A stretch of 64,000 bases of DNA from Octopus bimaculoides (GCF_001194135.2 NC_068983.1:50463792-50527791), one strand, 5' to 3'; counted from the first letter of the stretch, positions 40,597 to 52,816 are shown. Made by a program: numbers and translations. Notes: a model not told the origin generated them from the sequence alone.

Positions 40597-40812
40597 AAAG
40601 GCGGGGAGCTGGCGAATACGTTAGCGCACCGGACGAAATGCTTAGCGGTATTTCGTCTCTCTTTACGTTCTGAGTTCAAATTCCGTCGAGGTCGACTTGC
40701 CTTTCATCTTTTCTGTGTCGATAAAATTAAGTACCAGATGCGTGCAGGGGTCGATCTAATTGACTGGCCTCCCTCCCCAATTATTTCGGGCATTGTGCTT
40801 TGAGTAGAAAAG
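40597..40812 (+). mobile_element. tRNA-derived SINE, family A
   Basis: AAAGGCGGGGAGCTGGCGAATACGTTAG head and B box GAGTTCAAATTCC. Degenerate ~15-bp TSD AAAAT(G/C)TGTTG(T/C)AAG. Confidence 0.85.
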
Positions 40813-41752
40813 AAAATCTGTTGCAAGATGGCTACTGTTTTGGAGAATGAAGTTTAAATTTTCAAGAGCAGAAATAATGAAAACCTAAGTGATATGTTTC
40901 AAAGAGTTAAACGATCAACCAACAAAATAATGTTCCGGTTAATGCTGTATTCCTGGTCTTTTCCAAATGTATTTCAGTTCCTTTATGAAGTCGTTTGTCT
41001 GTATCCTTGTTACTGTTGATCATTCTATACAAATTCGAGAGAACATTCTCATAAAGAATATTTTCGAAATATTTCCCTTACACTTAAGTTTTGAAACCAT
41101 TTATTAAACATTATCATGAGATTTTAAAAATCTCTAGTTCTGTATTTATGCCACTGCATCTATTAAACTTATTCATCTTTTTCAAATTAAAAAGAAAAAC
41201 TATAAGCAAAATAAAAGCATTCACTACTGGCATTAATGTTAAATTGCTTGAGTTGAAACATATATTTAGAGTTTTAAAAGAGATTTATATTAACTTTTGT
41301 ATATGAATGACTCTATAGTTCAGCAAGAATATATTTGTTCTTAAACTGCATTTTCTATCACTAAAAATATACAGAGAAGAAATAATAACTGGAAACATTT
41401 ATTATCTCTGCGTGGAACTTCCTATTTTCTTGCTTGCAGCAGCGTTTGCATTCATTTTAATTCAAAACAACTTTTTTGAAATTAACTGCGAAGCATACAC
41501 ACGCTTTTGTCTCTTTCAGAATGTTCTGAAGCTGTTTACGATACGCAGTGGATGATCGCATGGTACAAGAATTGCCTGTTCAGTCTCGTCATATGTGGGT
41601 GTATATAAATGTGGGAACTATAAACAATATGCTCTCTATATGAGCTGATACAGGATCTATGATATTATTTACAACCCGATGATTCAATATATTTCAAGAA
41701 GATATTCTACCCTCACATGAAACGTTGTCATGATAACAACAACAACAACAAC

Positions 41753-41814
<62 letters not shown>

Positions 41815-41815
<1 letters not shown>

Positions 41816-42853
41816 TAGAACAGCAACGGACCATGATAAAACGATGGCAAGAAAAGCCCCTACATGGTAAATACTGGGCTAAACTAGATGCGAAAGAAAT
41901 AGACAGATAAAAATCCCAGCAATGGCTGAGANNNNNNNNNNNNNNNNNNNNNNNNNNNNNNNNNNNNNNNNNNNNNNNNNNNNNNNNNNNNNNNNNNNNN
42001 NNNNNNNNNNNNNNNNNNNNNNNNNNNNNNNNNNNNNNNNNNNNNNNNNNNNNNNNNNNNNNNNNNNNNNNNNNNNNNNNNNNNNNNNNNNNNNNNNNNN
42101 NNNNNNNNNNNNNNNNNNNNNNNNNNNNNNNNNNNNNNNNNNNNNNNNNNNNNNNNNNNNNNNNNNNNNNNNNNNNNNNNNNNNNNNNNNNNNNNNNNNN
42201 NNNNNNNNNNNNNNNNNNNNNNNNNNNNNNNNNNNNNNNNNNNNNNNNNNNNNNNNNNNNNNNNNNNNNNNNNNNNNNNNNNNNNNNNNNNNNNNNNNNN
42301 NNNNNNNNNNNNNNNNNNNNNNNNNNNNNNNNNNNNNNNNNNNNNNNNNNNNNNNNNNNNNNNNNNNNNNNNNNNNNNNNNNNNNNNNNNNNNNNNNNNN
42401 NNNNNNNNNNNNNNNNNNNNNNNNNNNNNNNNNNNNNNNNNNNNNNNNNNNNNNNNNNNNNNNNNNNNNNNNNNNNNNNNNNNNNNNNNNNNNNNNNNNN
42501 NNNNNNNNNNNNNNNNNTAACAGAAATGGAAAAACTTTCAAAATACAAAGACCTGGAAATAGAGATAACTCGAATGTGGAATCTAAAAACAGAAACAATT
42601 CCTATCATAGTAGGTGCCTTAGGTATAATAAAAAAAATATTCAGACAAATACATAACAAAAACCCCAGGACTTACAAATATATATAACATACAGAAAATT
42701 GCACTACTGGGCACTGCACACATCCTACGCAAAACACTTTCAATACAGTAAACATAAGAGCACCACAGCAAACCACAGCACACACCCAAGGAGCACAGAG
42801 CTGCGCTCGGTAATGAAGTGAAAGCACGTTATAAAAATAAAACTACTGAACAA
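41815..42853 (+). mobile_element. R4/Dong-like RLE LINE, 5'-truncated, inserted inside an (AAT)n microsatellite
   Basis: KRWQEKPLHGKYWAKLDAKEIDR*KSQQWLR..(gap)..EMEKLSKYKDLEIEITRMWNLKTETIPIIVGALGIIKK..NIQKIALLGTAHILRKTLSIQ*. (AAC/AAT)n flanks both ends (41734-41815 and 42855-42911). Confidence 0.9.
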
Positions 42854-43084
42854 TGATAATAATAATAATAATAACAACAACAACAACAACAATAATAATA
42901 ATGATAATAATCACGTGATCAACAGATCGGCCAGTCTATCTGAGGTTGTTATACATTGCTTGTCACAATGCGCTTTGCGCCATTTTATGTTTCAAATGAT
43001 GGTACCCCACTGGCACGGCGAGCAGGCCAACATTTCCTCTGATTGGAACGCTTCTCCGTTGCTGGTAACCGATCACAGCCTGTT

Positions 43085-43980
43085 GGTAGTTGTTTATTTT
43101 ATTGGATATTTGCTATATAGTGTGAATTGAGTCTGTGGATTATTATTAGTATTGAATCATTGAATTGTTAATGTCTTGAGTGGTATATGAGTTGTTCCTA
43201 GTAGGGATGATTTTTGGATAGTGGTGCAGTGCTGAGCATCCAGCTTCTACGTTTTTGTTCATAATTTTTTCGTGCCCAAAACTCCAATAATTACCGGTAT
43301 TATATTCACCTTCATGCCCAAGATCTCGAATACTTCAATTTCGAGCCTTTGTACTTTGACAATTTCTCCACTTCTTTTGGCCAAATGTTTTGTCAGAAGG
43401 GACGGCAATGTCTATCAGTGAACAGGCGTTTTTTTATCCAATCCTTGATTATTATGTCTGGGTGATTAGCATTCATTTCATTGTTAGTCTGAACAGGCGT
43501 ATCCCAGATGGTTGTGGCTTGGTCCTTTACCGTGTCTTGTACCTGTTTGGCAGGTGTTTATACAATTTAATGTCAGTTTTTGAGCTATAACTTCTTACTC
43601 AGTCGTTTCTGTATATATTTATTCCTATTTGGCATGGAGTGGACAATCATAGATGATGTGGGCAAGTGTCACATTTTTCTGGTTGCACATTCTGCATTTG
43701 GTGTTAAGGCCTGTTTTTTTATTTTCCTTTTCTATTTGTTTGTAGCCAGGCATTCTTCTGCAGCTAGAATCAGTAATTCCGCTTCAACTTTTAGGCCAGA
43801 CTTTTGAGCCATAACTTCGGGTCATTACTTCTCCATCAAGCTTTGCAGGGCATTGATCATGGAGTGATTTTTCTCTCCATTTCATTTTTAGTACGGTTTG
43901 TAATTCAGTTTTCATGCTGTTCTTTCTATCTCATCATTTCTCCTATCTGAGGTTATTGTATGAGCGGTGTTTGTGTCTGT
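43085..43980 (-). mobile_element. R4/Dong-like RLE LINE 3' fragment (decayed)
   Basis: KWREKSLHDQ..GLKVEAELLILAAEECLATN..KCRMCNQKNVTLAHIIYDCP..TIWDTPVQTNNEMNANHPDIIIKDW..IDIAVPSD..SLLGTTHI..KTLTIQ*. Confidence 0.85.
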
Positions 43981-45200
43981 NNNNNNNNNNNNNNNNNNNN
44001 NNNNNNNNNNNNNNNNNNNNNNNNNNNNNNNNNNNNNNNNNNNNNNNNNNNNNNNNNNNNNNNNNNNNNNNNNNNNNNNNNNNNNNNNACCACCACCATG
44101 ACTTCAAAACAATGACTTTACACTGTTTGTTCTTTCTGTCTTCCTCGGTTATATCAGGACTTCTGCCATCAATAATTTAGCGTAACTTTTTAGAAAATTT
44201 GTTATTACCATAAAGACTTCGTTTCCAAAAAGTACTCTAGAAAAAACATTTTCTTCTGAATGAGAAGATTTCAGTATTATATCTTTCAAATGCTTATCCT
44301 CAATTTTCGTAGATGAACACAAGCGAACGAGCGTGAGGGAACTGGAAAAAATAATGGCCATATATGATTAAAAGTGAAGTGCACCAGAGGTCATCGAATG
44401 GCACGAGTCGTTTGAAAAGGATTACTGCCATAATTTAACATCATTTAACAATAATTCTATGTTATAATCAGAAGAGAAATAACATCGCCCATGGCATTTT
44501 CTCTTCGTATTCAGAGTTGAAGGAGGCAAGGGAGAGATTTCTGCTCATGCGGCATGGTGAGACAACTTAATTTGCATTCTTAGAACATGCATTATCGTTC
44601 TTTTAACAAAGCCATCCAGACGGCGCTTGTTAGATTTAAAATAGATATCGAATTACATCTACCATCAAACTTGACCTGCAATGCTTCTGCAAAAAAAAAA
44701 AAACGGCATTTATGAAAAACGGAAACCAACGATATCAAAACAGCAATAGTAAAACAATTACATATATATGAATGCGAATCCGAAGACGAATCCGCCAAAT
44801 TGAAGAGACTCTGCATGCACGTCGTGCATTTAATTTGAATTAAGGCTGTTACAGTATACAGAACAATTGAACAGTTTGAAATGATCAAATTTCCTCATTA
44901 GGCCATCAAATGTACAATTGATATACTTCTTCTATTTGGTGCAGTTGATGAAGATAATGGTGATGATGATGTAGATGAAGAGATCAATGACGACAAAGAA
45001 GATGGCGACTTTGCTGAGAATGTCCATCGCAGTGGTAGTGGTGGTGATGGCGTATAGAAATGGCACCAAATCAAAATGAACGTTTGCCTGATGAAGATGC
45101 CTTTGGTGATATCGAGATCTTCTTGTGTCAGTATATGTGTGTGTGGGTGCGTGTGTATGTATACATATATATACGTGTGTATATATATGTATATGTATAC

Positions 45201-45251
<51 letters not shown>

Positions 45252-46242
45252 TGTATGTATATGTACATATGTATGTGTTTATATATAANNNNNNNNNNNN
45301 NNNNNNNNNNNNNNNNNNNNNNNNNNNNNNNNNNNNNNNNNNNNNNNNNNNNNNNNNNNNNNNNNNNNNNNNNNNNNNNNNNNNNNTATATATATATATA
45401 TATATTAGGTGAGTCATGAATAATAATCACCAGAGAATCACGTGGATCATGCTAAAAGGAAACGCTCCTTGCATAAAGTATAAAATTGTCATTATATAAC
45501 TCTTACACAACGTTCAAGTCAATCAAATATCAACTCAAATGTCGTGTGCATCTCACATCAGCTCGAAATCGTTACATAATATGACCCTATAAATCTCAGC
45601 AATTCCAAGAATGATTATAAATTTATGTAGGTATCAAAGGGGAAAAACTGCAAAATGATATATTAAAGAAATATTCTATATCATGCTATGTAATGTACAA
45701 TAAAAATTTAACACAAGCATATTGAGAAATATCTTGAAAGAATTTCTGACTCTATGTAATCAGATAACAGAAATAAAATTGTTATTAAAATTACATATAA
45801 GCAAATGATATGGATTACGTGTGTTACTCAAGAGCGTTCTTGTTTGAATCCATTTCAGGATATTTTCTGCGAGTTATAATGACGCTATTTTCATTATTTC
45901 AGCATTTTTTTCCTAACCACCCAAACAAAAATAATCCAGATTTAAAGACAAATTGTATGCGGAAGATGGATTGATTTGATGGAGACATGAAACAGTAAAT
46001 GGAGCATGAACAATAAAACTTGCGATATGTATTGACAAAACTCAGTGTAATAGTGCTGCATAATTCAATTAGACGAATATCGCACAAAGCTATGCAATTC
46101 AGGCCGGCAAATGGAGGGAAAAAACAAAATTACGAGAGCTATATTGTTGTTCCTGGTGATTCCTGTGGTATATGTGAATGATTAATAAAAACGAATTTGT
46201 TGCCAAGCGATGCATGTGTGTAGATATATATATATATATATA

Positions 46243-46410
46243 CAGTCGATTACATCGCCCAACTACGCAACTGATAATGAATTTATCGACCCCGAAAGAA
46301 TGAAAGGTAAAGTCGACCTCGACGGAAATTGAGCTCATAACGAAAAGACAGACGAAATACTGCTAAGCACTTCGTCCGGCATGCTAACGTCTCTGCCAGC
46401 TCGCCGCCTT
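46243..46410 (-). mobile_element. SINE family A, first of a tandem pair
   Basis: Reverse complement begins AAGGCGGCGAGCTGGCAGAGACGTTAGCATGCCGGACG. Confidence 0.85.
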
Positions 46411-46417
46411 AAAATAT

Positions 46418-46635
46418 TCTTTTCTACACTAGGCACAAGGCCCGAAATTTGTGTGTGGGGGGGGGATAGTCGATTGGATCAATCCCTGTACGCAACTGGT
46501 ACTTAATTTATCGACCCCGAAAAGATGAAAGGCAATGTCAACTTCAGTGGAATTTGATCTCAGAATGCAAAGGCAGACAGAATACCGCTGAGCACTTCGC
46601 CCGGCGTACTAACGTTTCTGCCAGCATACCGCGTT
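46418..46635 (-). mobile_element. SINE family A, second of a tandem pair
   Basis: Full body including the GGCCTTGTGCCTAGTGTAGAAAAG tail. Confidence 0.85.
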
Positions 46636-46870
46636 ACGAAATCAAATATTATACAAACATTGCTTATCATTGGATTAGATGACGGTGTAGGTTGGATGCA
46701 CTGTATTAAGTATACATATGGCCAGATCTCGTATTAAACGAAAATATGTATTAATTTCGATGCAGTTATTCCCGCTACATTATATACATATACATACAGC
46801 TACATACATATATTTCGTATGTGTATTTCGTGTGCAAGATTCTTGATGTGGATACGTGTGTTGAAAGAAA

Positions 46871-47340
46871 TACAATTAAACCTTGGGAGAGGCATTATGC
46901 CGGTAATAAACACACGCACTGGTTCAGTCCTTTATTAATTTATATAGTTTTTTGTTAAATTATTTCATTGCACTCTTGCAATCTCTTCAGTAACTTGTCT
47001 CTCCACTTCCATTTNNNNNNNNNNTATATAGTTTTTTGTTAAATTATTTCATTGCACTCTTGCAATCTCTTCAGTAACTTGTCTCTCCACTTCCATTTAT
47101 GAGCGTGCACACATACGAGCTTGCACACACTCACATGCTCATACCAAACAGTTTCGAAACAACGCCAAAACAACGCCAGATCATATATTCAAAATAAATG
47201 GAAGTGGAGAGACAAGTTACTGAAGAGATTGCAAGAGTGCAATGAAATAATTTAACAAAAAAACTATATAAATTAATAAAGGACTGAACCAGTGCGTGTG
47301 TTTATTACCGGCATAATGCCTCTCCCAAGGTTTAATTGTA
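46871..47340. repeat. Long near-perfect inverted repeat (~146-bp arms, ~93-bp true loop)
   Basis: 46871-47014(/47100) is the reverse complement of 47194-47340 apart from a 1-base indel in a T-run. 46941-47014 is re-copied at 47025-47098 across a 10-N gap. Confidence 0.85.
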
Positions 47341-47374
47341 CATACATATAATTGTCTGTTTATGTGTGAGTATA

Positions 47375-47753
47375 CTTTTACTCTTTTACTTGTTTCAGTC
47401 ATTTGACTGCGGCCATGCTGGTGCACCGCCTTTTAGTCGAGCAAATCGACCTCAGGACTTATTGTTTGGAAGCCTAGTACTTATTCTATCGGTCTCTTTT
47501 GGTGAACCGCTAAATTACGGGGACGTAAACACACCACCGTCGGTTGTCATGCACAAACACACAAACATACACACACACACACACATAGATATATATGCAT
47601 ATACATATATCCGACGGACTTCTTTCAGTTTCCGTCTACCAAATCCACTCACAAGCCTATAGTAGAAGACACATTCCCAAGGTGCCACGCAGTGGGAATG
47701 AACCCGGAACCGTGTGGTTGGCATGCAAGCTACTTACCACCAGCCACTCCTGC
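47375..47753 (-). mobile_element. tRNA-derived SINE, family B, near full length with internal (AC)n/(AT)n
   Basis: Head GCAGGAGTGGCTGGTGGTAAGTAGCTTGC..CCGGGTTCATTCCC (A/B boxes), and tail ..CAGCATGGCCGCAGTCAAATGACTGAAACAAGTAAAAG. Confidence 0.9.
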
Positions 47754-48379
47754 ACCTATATACATATAATACATACGCGCGCGTGTATGCATTTATTATA
47801 CAGAGCGAGATAGAGAGAGGCAAAGAGAGTTCGTCAGAAAATCATGACTTCGAAATAGAACTGCGCTCTAAATTATAGAGCAGTAGAACAATTATATAAA
47901 GATTGTTACGTCTGGTCTGCGGGGTAACCCAACTTAACGGCGTCCATAAGGTTCCCAGCTTTACAACGTCACTTTAAACCCTAATGACCCGTAGTTTATA
48001 ACTGGCCATTAGTATCTGAGAAGACGCTGTAAAGCTGGTTGCTTTGTGGGCATGAAAACCAAGGTAATCCCATAGAACGGCCGTAATTGTCTTTATCTAC
48101 TTATGTACATAACAACACTTGATAGGCTTTAGGTGCAACTGTTGATAATCTTTACTTCTTAAAGAACAGGTAACCACATTAAAGGAGTTCTTTTTAACTT
48201 GTGTCAGCAAATAGTGCCCTACGCCACTGTAACCAAGAAACCGGGATTGTGAGTCTTTGCATCGGGAAGGAATTTCGTTCAATTTTCTGATGTCCCTATA
48301 TACATATACGCACATATATATCCATGTATACACATATAACTATAGTCATATATGCATATACAAATATATATAGATATGG

Positions 48380-48426
<47 letters not shown>

Positions 48427-49334
48427 CAATATGGAATATATGTATGTATGTATGTNNNNNNNNNNNNNNNNNNNNNNNNNNNNNNNNNNNNNNNNNNNNN
48501 NNNNNNNNNNNNNNNNNNNNNNNNNNNNNNNNNNNNNNNNNNNNNNNNNNNNNNNNNNNNNNNNNNNNNNNNNNNNNNNNNNNNNNNNNNNNNNNNNNNN
48601 NNNNNNNNNNNNNNNNNNNNNNNNNNNNNNNNNNNNNNNNNNNNNNNNNNNNNNNNNNNNNNNNNNNNNNNNNNNNNNNNNNNNNNNNNNNNNNNNNNNN
48701 NNNNNNNNNNNNNNNNNNNNNNNNNNNNNNNNNNNNNNNNNNNNNNNNNNNNNNNNNNNNNNNNNNNNNNNNNNNNNNNNNNNNNNNNNNNNNNNNNNNN
48801 NNNNNNNNNNNTATATATATATATATATATGTATGCATGTATATATGTTTGTATGTATATATATATGTATGTATGTGTTACTGTGCGTTTGTGTTTTCAT
48901 ATACGTATTATATATATATTTTTATATGCATGTGTTCATAAGCACATATATCCACCTATGTATAAACATGAACTTACGACAATATTAGAAAATGCAATTA
49001 AATATATCTTTCTCCGAATTCTTAGGAAATATGGATTAACATATATGCTTTATTGATGCTCTTTGCATCCCTCCCAAGGCTTTCTCATTCTTGATTTTAA
49101 AGTCACATATTAGAATGTTTGAAGCATTCATTTACAGAAATTGATTGAATTTGTTCGTGTTCCACGGAGAACATCATAGTGAGATTTACTGAATCTAAAA
49201 ATGTATAACTATATTTCAATGTGTAAATATAGAATATATTTTATAAGCTTCCAAAATCTTTTTTGAATATTTCTTACAAGCAACATCAAAGCAGAAGATA
49301 TAATAGTTTCTACTTTGTCTTCTCTATTTTATAT

Positions 49335-49520
49335 TTGTATTTGTTTCACAGTTTGGCTTGCAGTCATGCTGGGGCATCACTACGAAGAGGTTATCAGATA
49401 ATTACAGCTCTCCCAGTAGTAATTAACATATAGACTGGCGCTAATTCAACCAGTTTCTTTTGCTGGTCAGTTCCGTTATGGGGATATAACGAAACTAACA
49501 CCGGTTGGCAAGTAGTTAAG
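49335..49520 (-). mobile_element. SINE family B, old 3' half
   Basis: Diverged TTTGTTTCA..GCAGTCATGCTGGGGCATCAC..CACCGGTTGGCAAG. Confidence 0.5.
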
Positions 49521-50056
49521 GGAGCAATGACAACCGCAATGTCATACACGCATACACGTTCTGATCAATACGTATCCAGATTGTTGTCATAGTAACGAAA
49601 CTAAAGCACGGAATGTAAAGCCACTTAGTACAGATTGACCTTGTACTCTGCTGTGCACGCGCACTAAGTTCTGGCGTTCTAGTCTACTTCCCTTGTTTAC
49701 AGCAGTGCTTGGAAGGAAGGTGTGTACCGTGTGATCGTCGCATTGAACATTTCAGAGAGATTTATCATGGGGGTATCTGCTGAGAGGCCTACGCAAGTTT
49801 CCTGAGAGTTTATGGAGATGAGTGTATGAACCGAACACAAGTGTACGAGTGGTTCAGACGTTACGAAGATAGCCGAAAAATGTCTAAATTGATGAACGTT
49901 CTTGGAGACGCGCAACCAGCAGAACTGGGGAAAATATTTCAGATGCGCGTGTAGCTGAGAGGGGAACCATAATCCGTGAATCATCAGAGGACGTGCAGAT
50001 TAGTTATGGTTCAGTTGAGTCCATTATAACAGAGGATTTGGGTAGGGAGGCGTGTC

Positions 50057-50824
50057 GGATCTAGTTCAAAACGGGGGCGCCAGTATTTTCTTAACGAAAC
50101 ACTTTGAAACTTGGGACGCTGGTAGAATGTGTCATATAAAACATCTTTTTCTCTTAGTCTTCTTAAGAAAAATTATTATATTGCAACTTATTTCATGTTA
50201 AATTTGTCGTATTTCTGTAATTTCAACCAATGACTGACGTCCATTCAGCCGAATACAGTAAGTGCTGACTACGTAAAAAAACGATTCTCAAACGATTCTG
50301 GCGGTGATAAAATCATTATTTCCTTGTCAAAAAATGGCTGAAGCATATTGGCAGTAGCTAATAAACCTTTCTATTATATGCACAAAGCCTGGTTTTTGAG
50401 GGAAGAGTTAGGGTTAGGGTTAGGGTTAGCGTTAGGGCAAATGTTGTACACATACAGTTCAGGCAGATGTTGTACACATACAGTTCAGGCAGATGTTAAC
50501 GAAATTATATTAAAAATAAAACGAAGGAAAACGAACACACGTGTGTTGCCTCTCTGCAAAATGTCAGAAGTAATAGAGATCAAATACGCTTTACACCGCT
50601 TAAACAGCCAAAGGAGTAACTGTAAACAGCTGAATACTTGTCAGTGATTGGTTGAAATTATCGAAATAAGACAATTTTTTACATGAAATAACTTCGAATA
50701 CAAAATTTGTTTTCTGTTTTATAACACAAAATAGATAAGTATACGAAGTTTGAAAGTCTTTCGGTACCAAAAACACTACATAAAACATAAATGAAAACTG
50801 GTTCCCCCGTTTTGAACTAGATCC
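50057..50824. mobile_element. 768-bp MITE with GG-terminal TIRs and a perfect 8-bp TSD (Merlin-like)
   Basis: TIR GGATCTAGTTCAAAACGGGGG is perfect for 21 bp (28 bp with 2 mismatches). TSD GGCGTGTC at 50049-50056 and 50825-50832. Removing the element restores the mariner RRVSAKFVP reading. Confidence 0.9.
50408..50437 (+). repeat. Interstitial telomere-like (TTAGGG)n, 5 units (one TTAGCG)
   Basis: TTAGGG TTAGGG TTAGGG TTAGCG TTAGGG inside the MITE. Confidence 0.9.
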
Positions 50825-52439
50825 GGCGTGTCTGCCAAGTTTGTGCCAAAACTGCTTTCAGCTGGCCAAAGACATACTCAGAGCCGGTATCGCCAAGCTT
50901 TTGACAAAATTTGATGCAAATTCTCTGCTCAACTTCCTCTGTCATAGTAAATGCGATGATCGCGCGCTATACACCTTCCTTCCAAGCACTGCTGTAAAGA
51001 GCGAAAATAATATAGAACGTTAAAACGTAGAACACACACACGGCAGTGTTCAAGTATATTTTGTGCCCAGCGGCTTTACTCTGCGTACTTTTTTAGCTTC
51101 GGTACTATGCTAACAGTTCGGATACTTATTGATCAGACCGCGTATATGTTAACTTACCACGTGCTGTTATCCATATATATATAACTCAGTTGATGTCTTC
51201 TTGCGTACGTGCCAGAAAGAAGACTGGTATTTGGCTTATCATTTGCTTTAGATACTGCTCACCCATAGTCCAATATTTTGTTCTGTTTCAGTTTCGTTAT
51301 TTGGCAAGACTAGGTTAATACCTAAGTGGGTATATGCTGCGGAATACATCAAAATAAACTCTGCATCGATTTTCTTACGTTCTGTTGGTTAGAGTAAAAG
51401 CACATTTATTTGAATATATACCACTGGCAGTTTTGAAAATTGGTTAATTCTTTGTCACATTTCAATGGACTTTATGATAAAAAGATTAAATCATTACTGA
51501 CGCAGCGGAAATGGGTATAACTGAGGGACGTGTTAATCGAGATGGCAACGCCAATCTACGGAACGGAGAATGAGAGTAAAAACATTAAGAACCGTTAACA
51601 TTTAGAGTTCGAATGTATACGAATATATGCTCGAAAAAGCCGGTAGGTGACACACTGATTGATATTTGTACTGAAAAATAAATAAAATATTACAAATAAT
51701 TGGACATTTATCAAAATGTGGTTGAAATAGTTTACATTCAAATAGCCAAGCTGGTAAAATGTAGAAAAATGTGGTAATAATTTAGTCTGCGATACATTAA
51801 AATTCTCATAAAAATAGGAGAAAAAGCATGTACCTAACATGAATTCGGATTTTGTACGTAATCTAGTGTTGATTTTAAGCAGAATAAATGAAAGTATTTC
51901 TGCAAATAATGCTTCCAAGGTGGCGTGATACAACTCTGCTCAACCTGATAACATCACAGTAATATTAATATTAGACAAGATAGTGTTGGGAAGAAAACAA
52001 ATATAAAACAAGAAAAAAAACAGTAAAATTGACTCTGCAAAATATAAGAGAAGAGTAAAATCGAATGTAAAGGAAGCCCTGAAAGTTATCTTGCTCGAGG
52101 TAGACAGCAGAAAATTACTAGACATATGAGTTAACGCTATCAGCTAGTGTGAAATGAGAAATGGGAATAAGAAGAAAACTAGATGCAGTTACTAATATAG
52201 ACATGGAAATACTTGGATAGTTGCTAGTTAGATATTCAAGCAAATGGGGTGAAGAGTTTGACACGGCTAGTTTCAATTGAAAATAATAGAAACGTGGCGC
52301 ATTTATATGTATAAAAAGTGATGCTTTTATTCAGACGAAATTAATTCATCTAAAATAACAAGAATAGGTACTAGAAGATTAAGTTAGGCCTGGTTAACTC
52401 TACTGACAATAAATATCAATCAGACATAGCATTACATTT

Positions 52440-52632
52440 GATGATGAATATGAAGTTGATGATGATGATGATGATGACGGCGATGATAACGGCGATGATG
52501 ATAATGATGGTGAGGTGGTGGTGGTCGTCGTGGTGATGGTGGTGAGGGTGATTCTGGGGTACGAGTGATGACGGTGTTGATGATAATGATAATAAATGGT
52601 GATGAAGAAGATGACGAGGGTAATGATGATAA
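52440..52632. repeat. Degenerate (GAT)/(GGT)n tract
   Basis: Direct reading. Confidence 0.9.
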
Positions 52633-52776
52633 TCACAAATGTCGAGCATCATAACGGTTGCCATGATGATGATTCTCTTGAATCAAAACACATGTCCTCA
52701 GCGAATTGATATATGTGTCCGTGTGTCTGCGTGTGTGCGCCGCTCGCGTAGAAATACATATGTATATATACATATA

Positions 52777-52816
<40 letters not shown>

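Larger units (their letters stand above)
49553..51144. mobile_element. Non-autonomous mariner derivative (two inverted 5' ends, TA flanks) interrupted by a MITE
   Basis: Left TIR TA-CACGTTCTGATCAATACGTATCC and right TIR (rc) TA-CGCGGTCTGATCAATAAGTATCC. The + strand encodes LRVYGDECMNRTQVYEWFRR..IRESSEDVQISYGSVESIITEDLG..RRVSAKFVPKLLS. The - strand at about 50875-50950 encodes MTEEVEQRICIKFCQKLGDTGSE. Confidence 0.85.

Noticed and set aside
44530-44620. RHGETT followed by KAIQTA (histidine phosphatase-like motifs)
   Set aside because: The motifs are about 14 codons apart (about 45-50 expected), in different frames, and separated by stops.
46941-47098. 74-bp direct duplication
   Set aside because: It has the same 10-N gap signature, so it is an assembly artefact.
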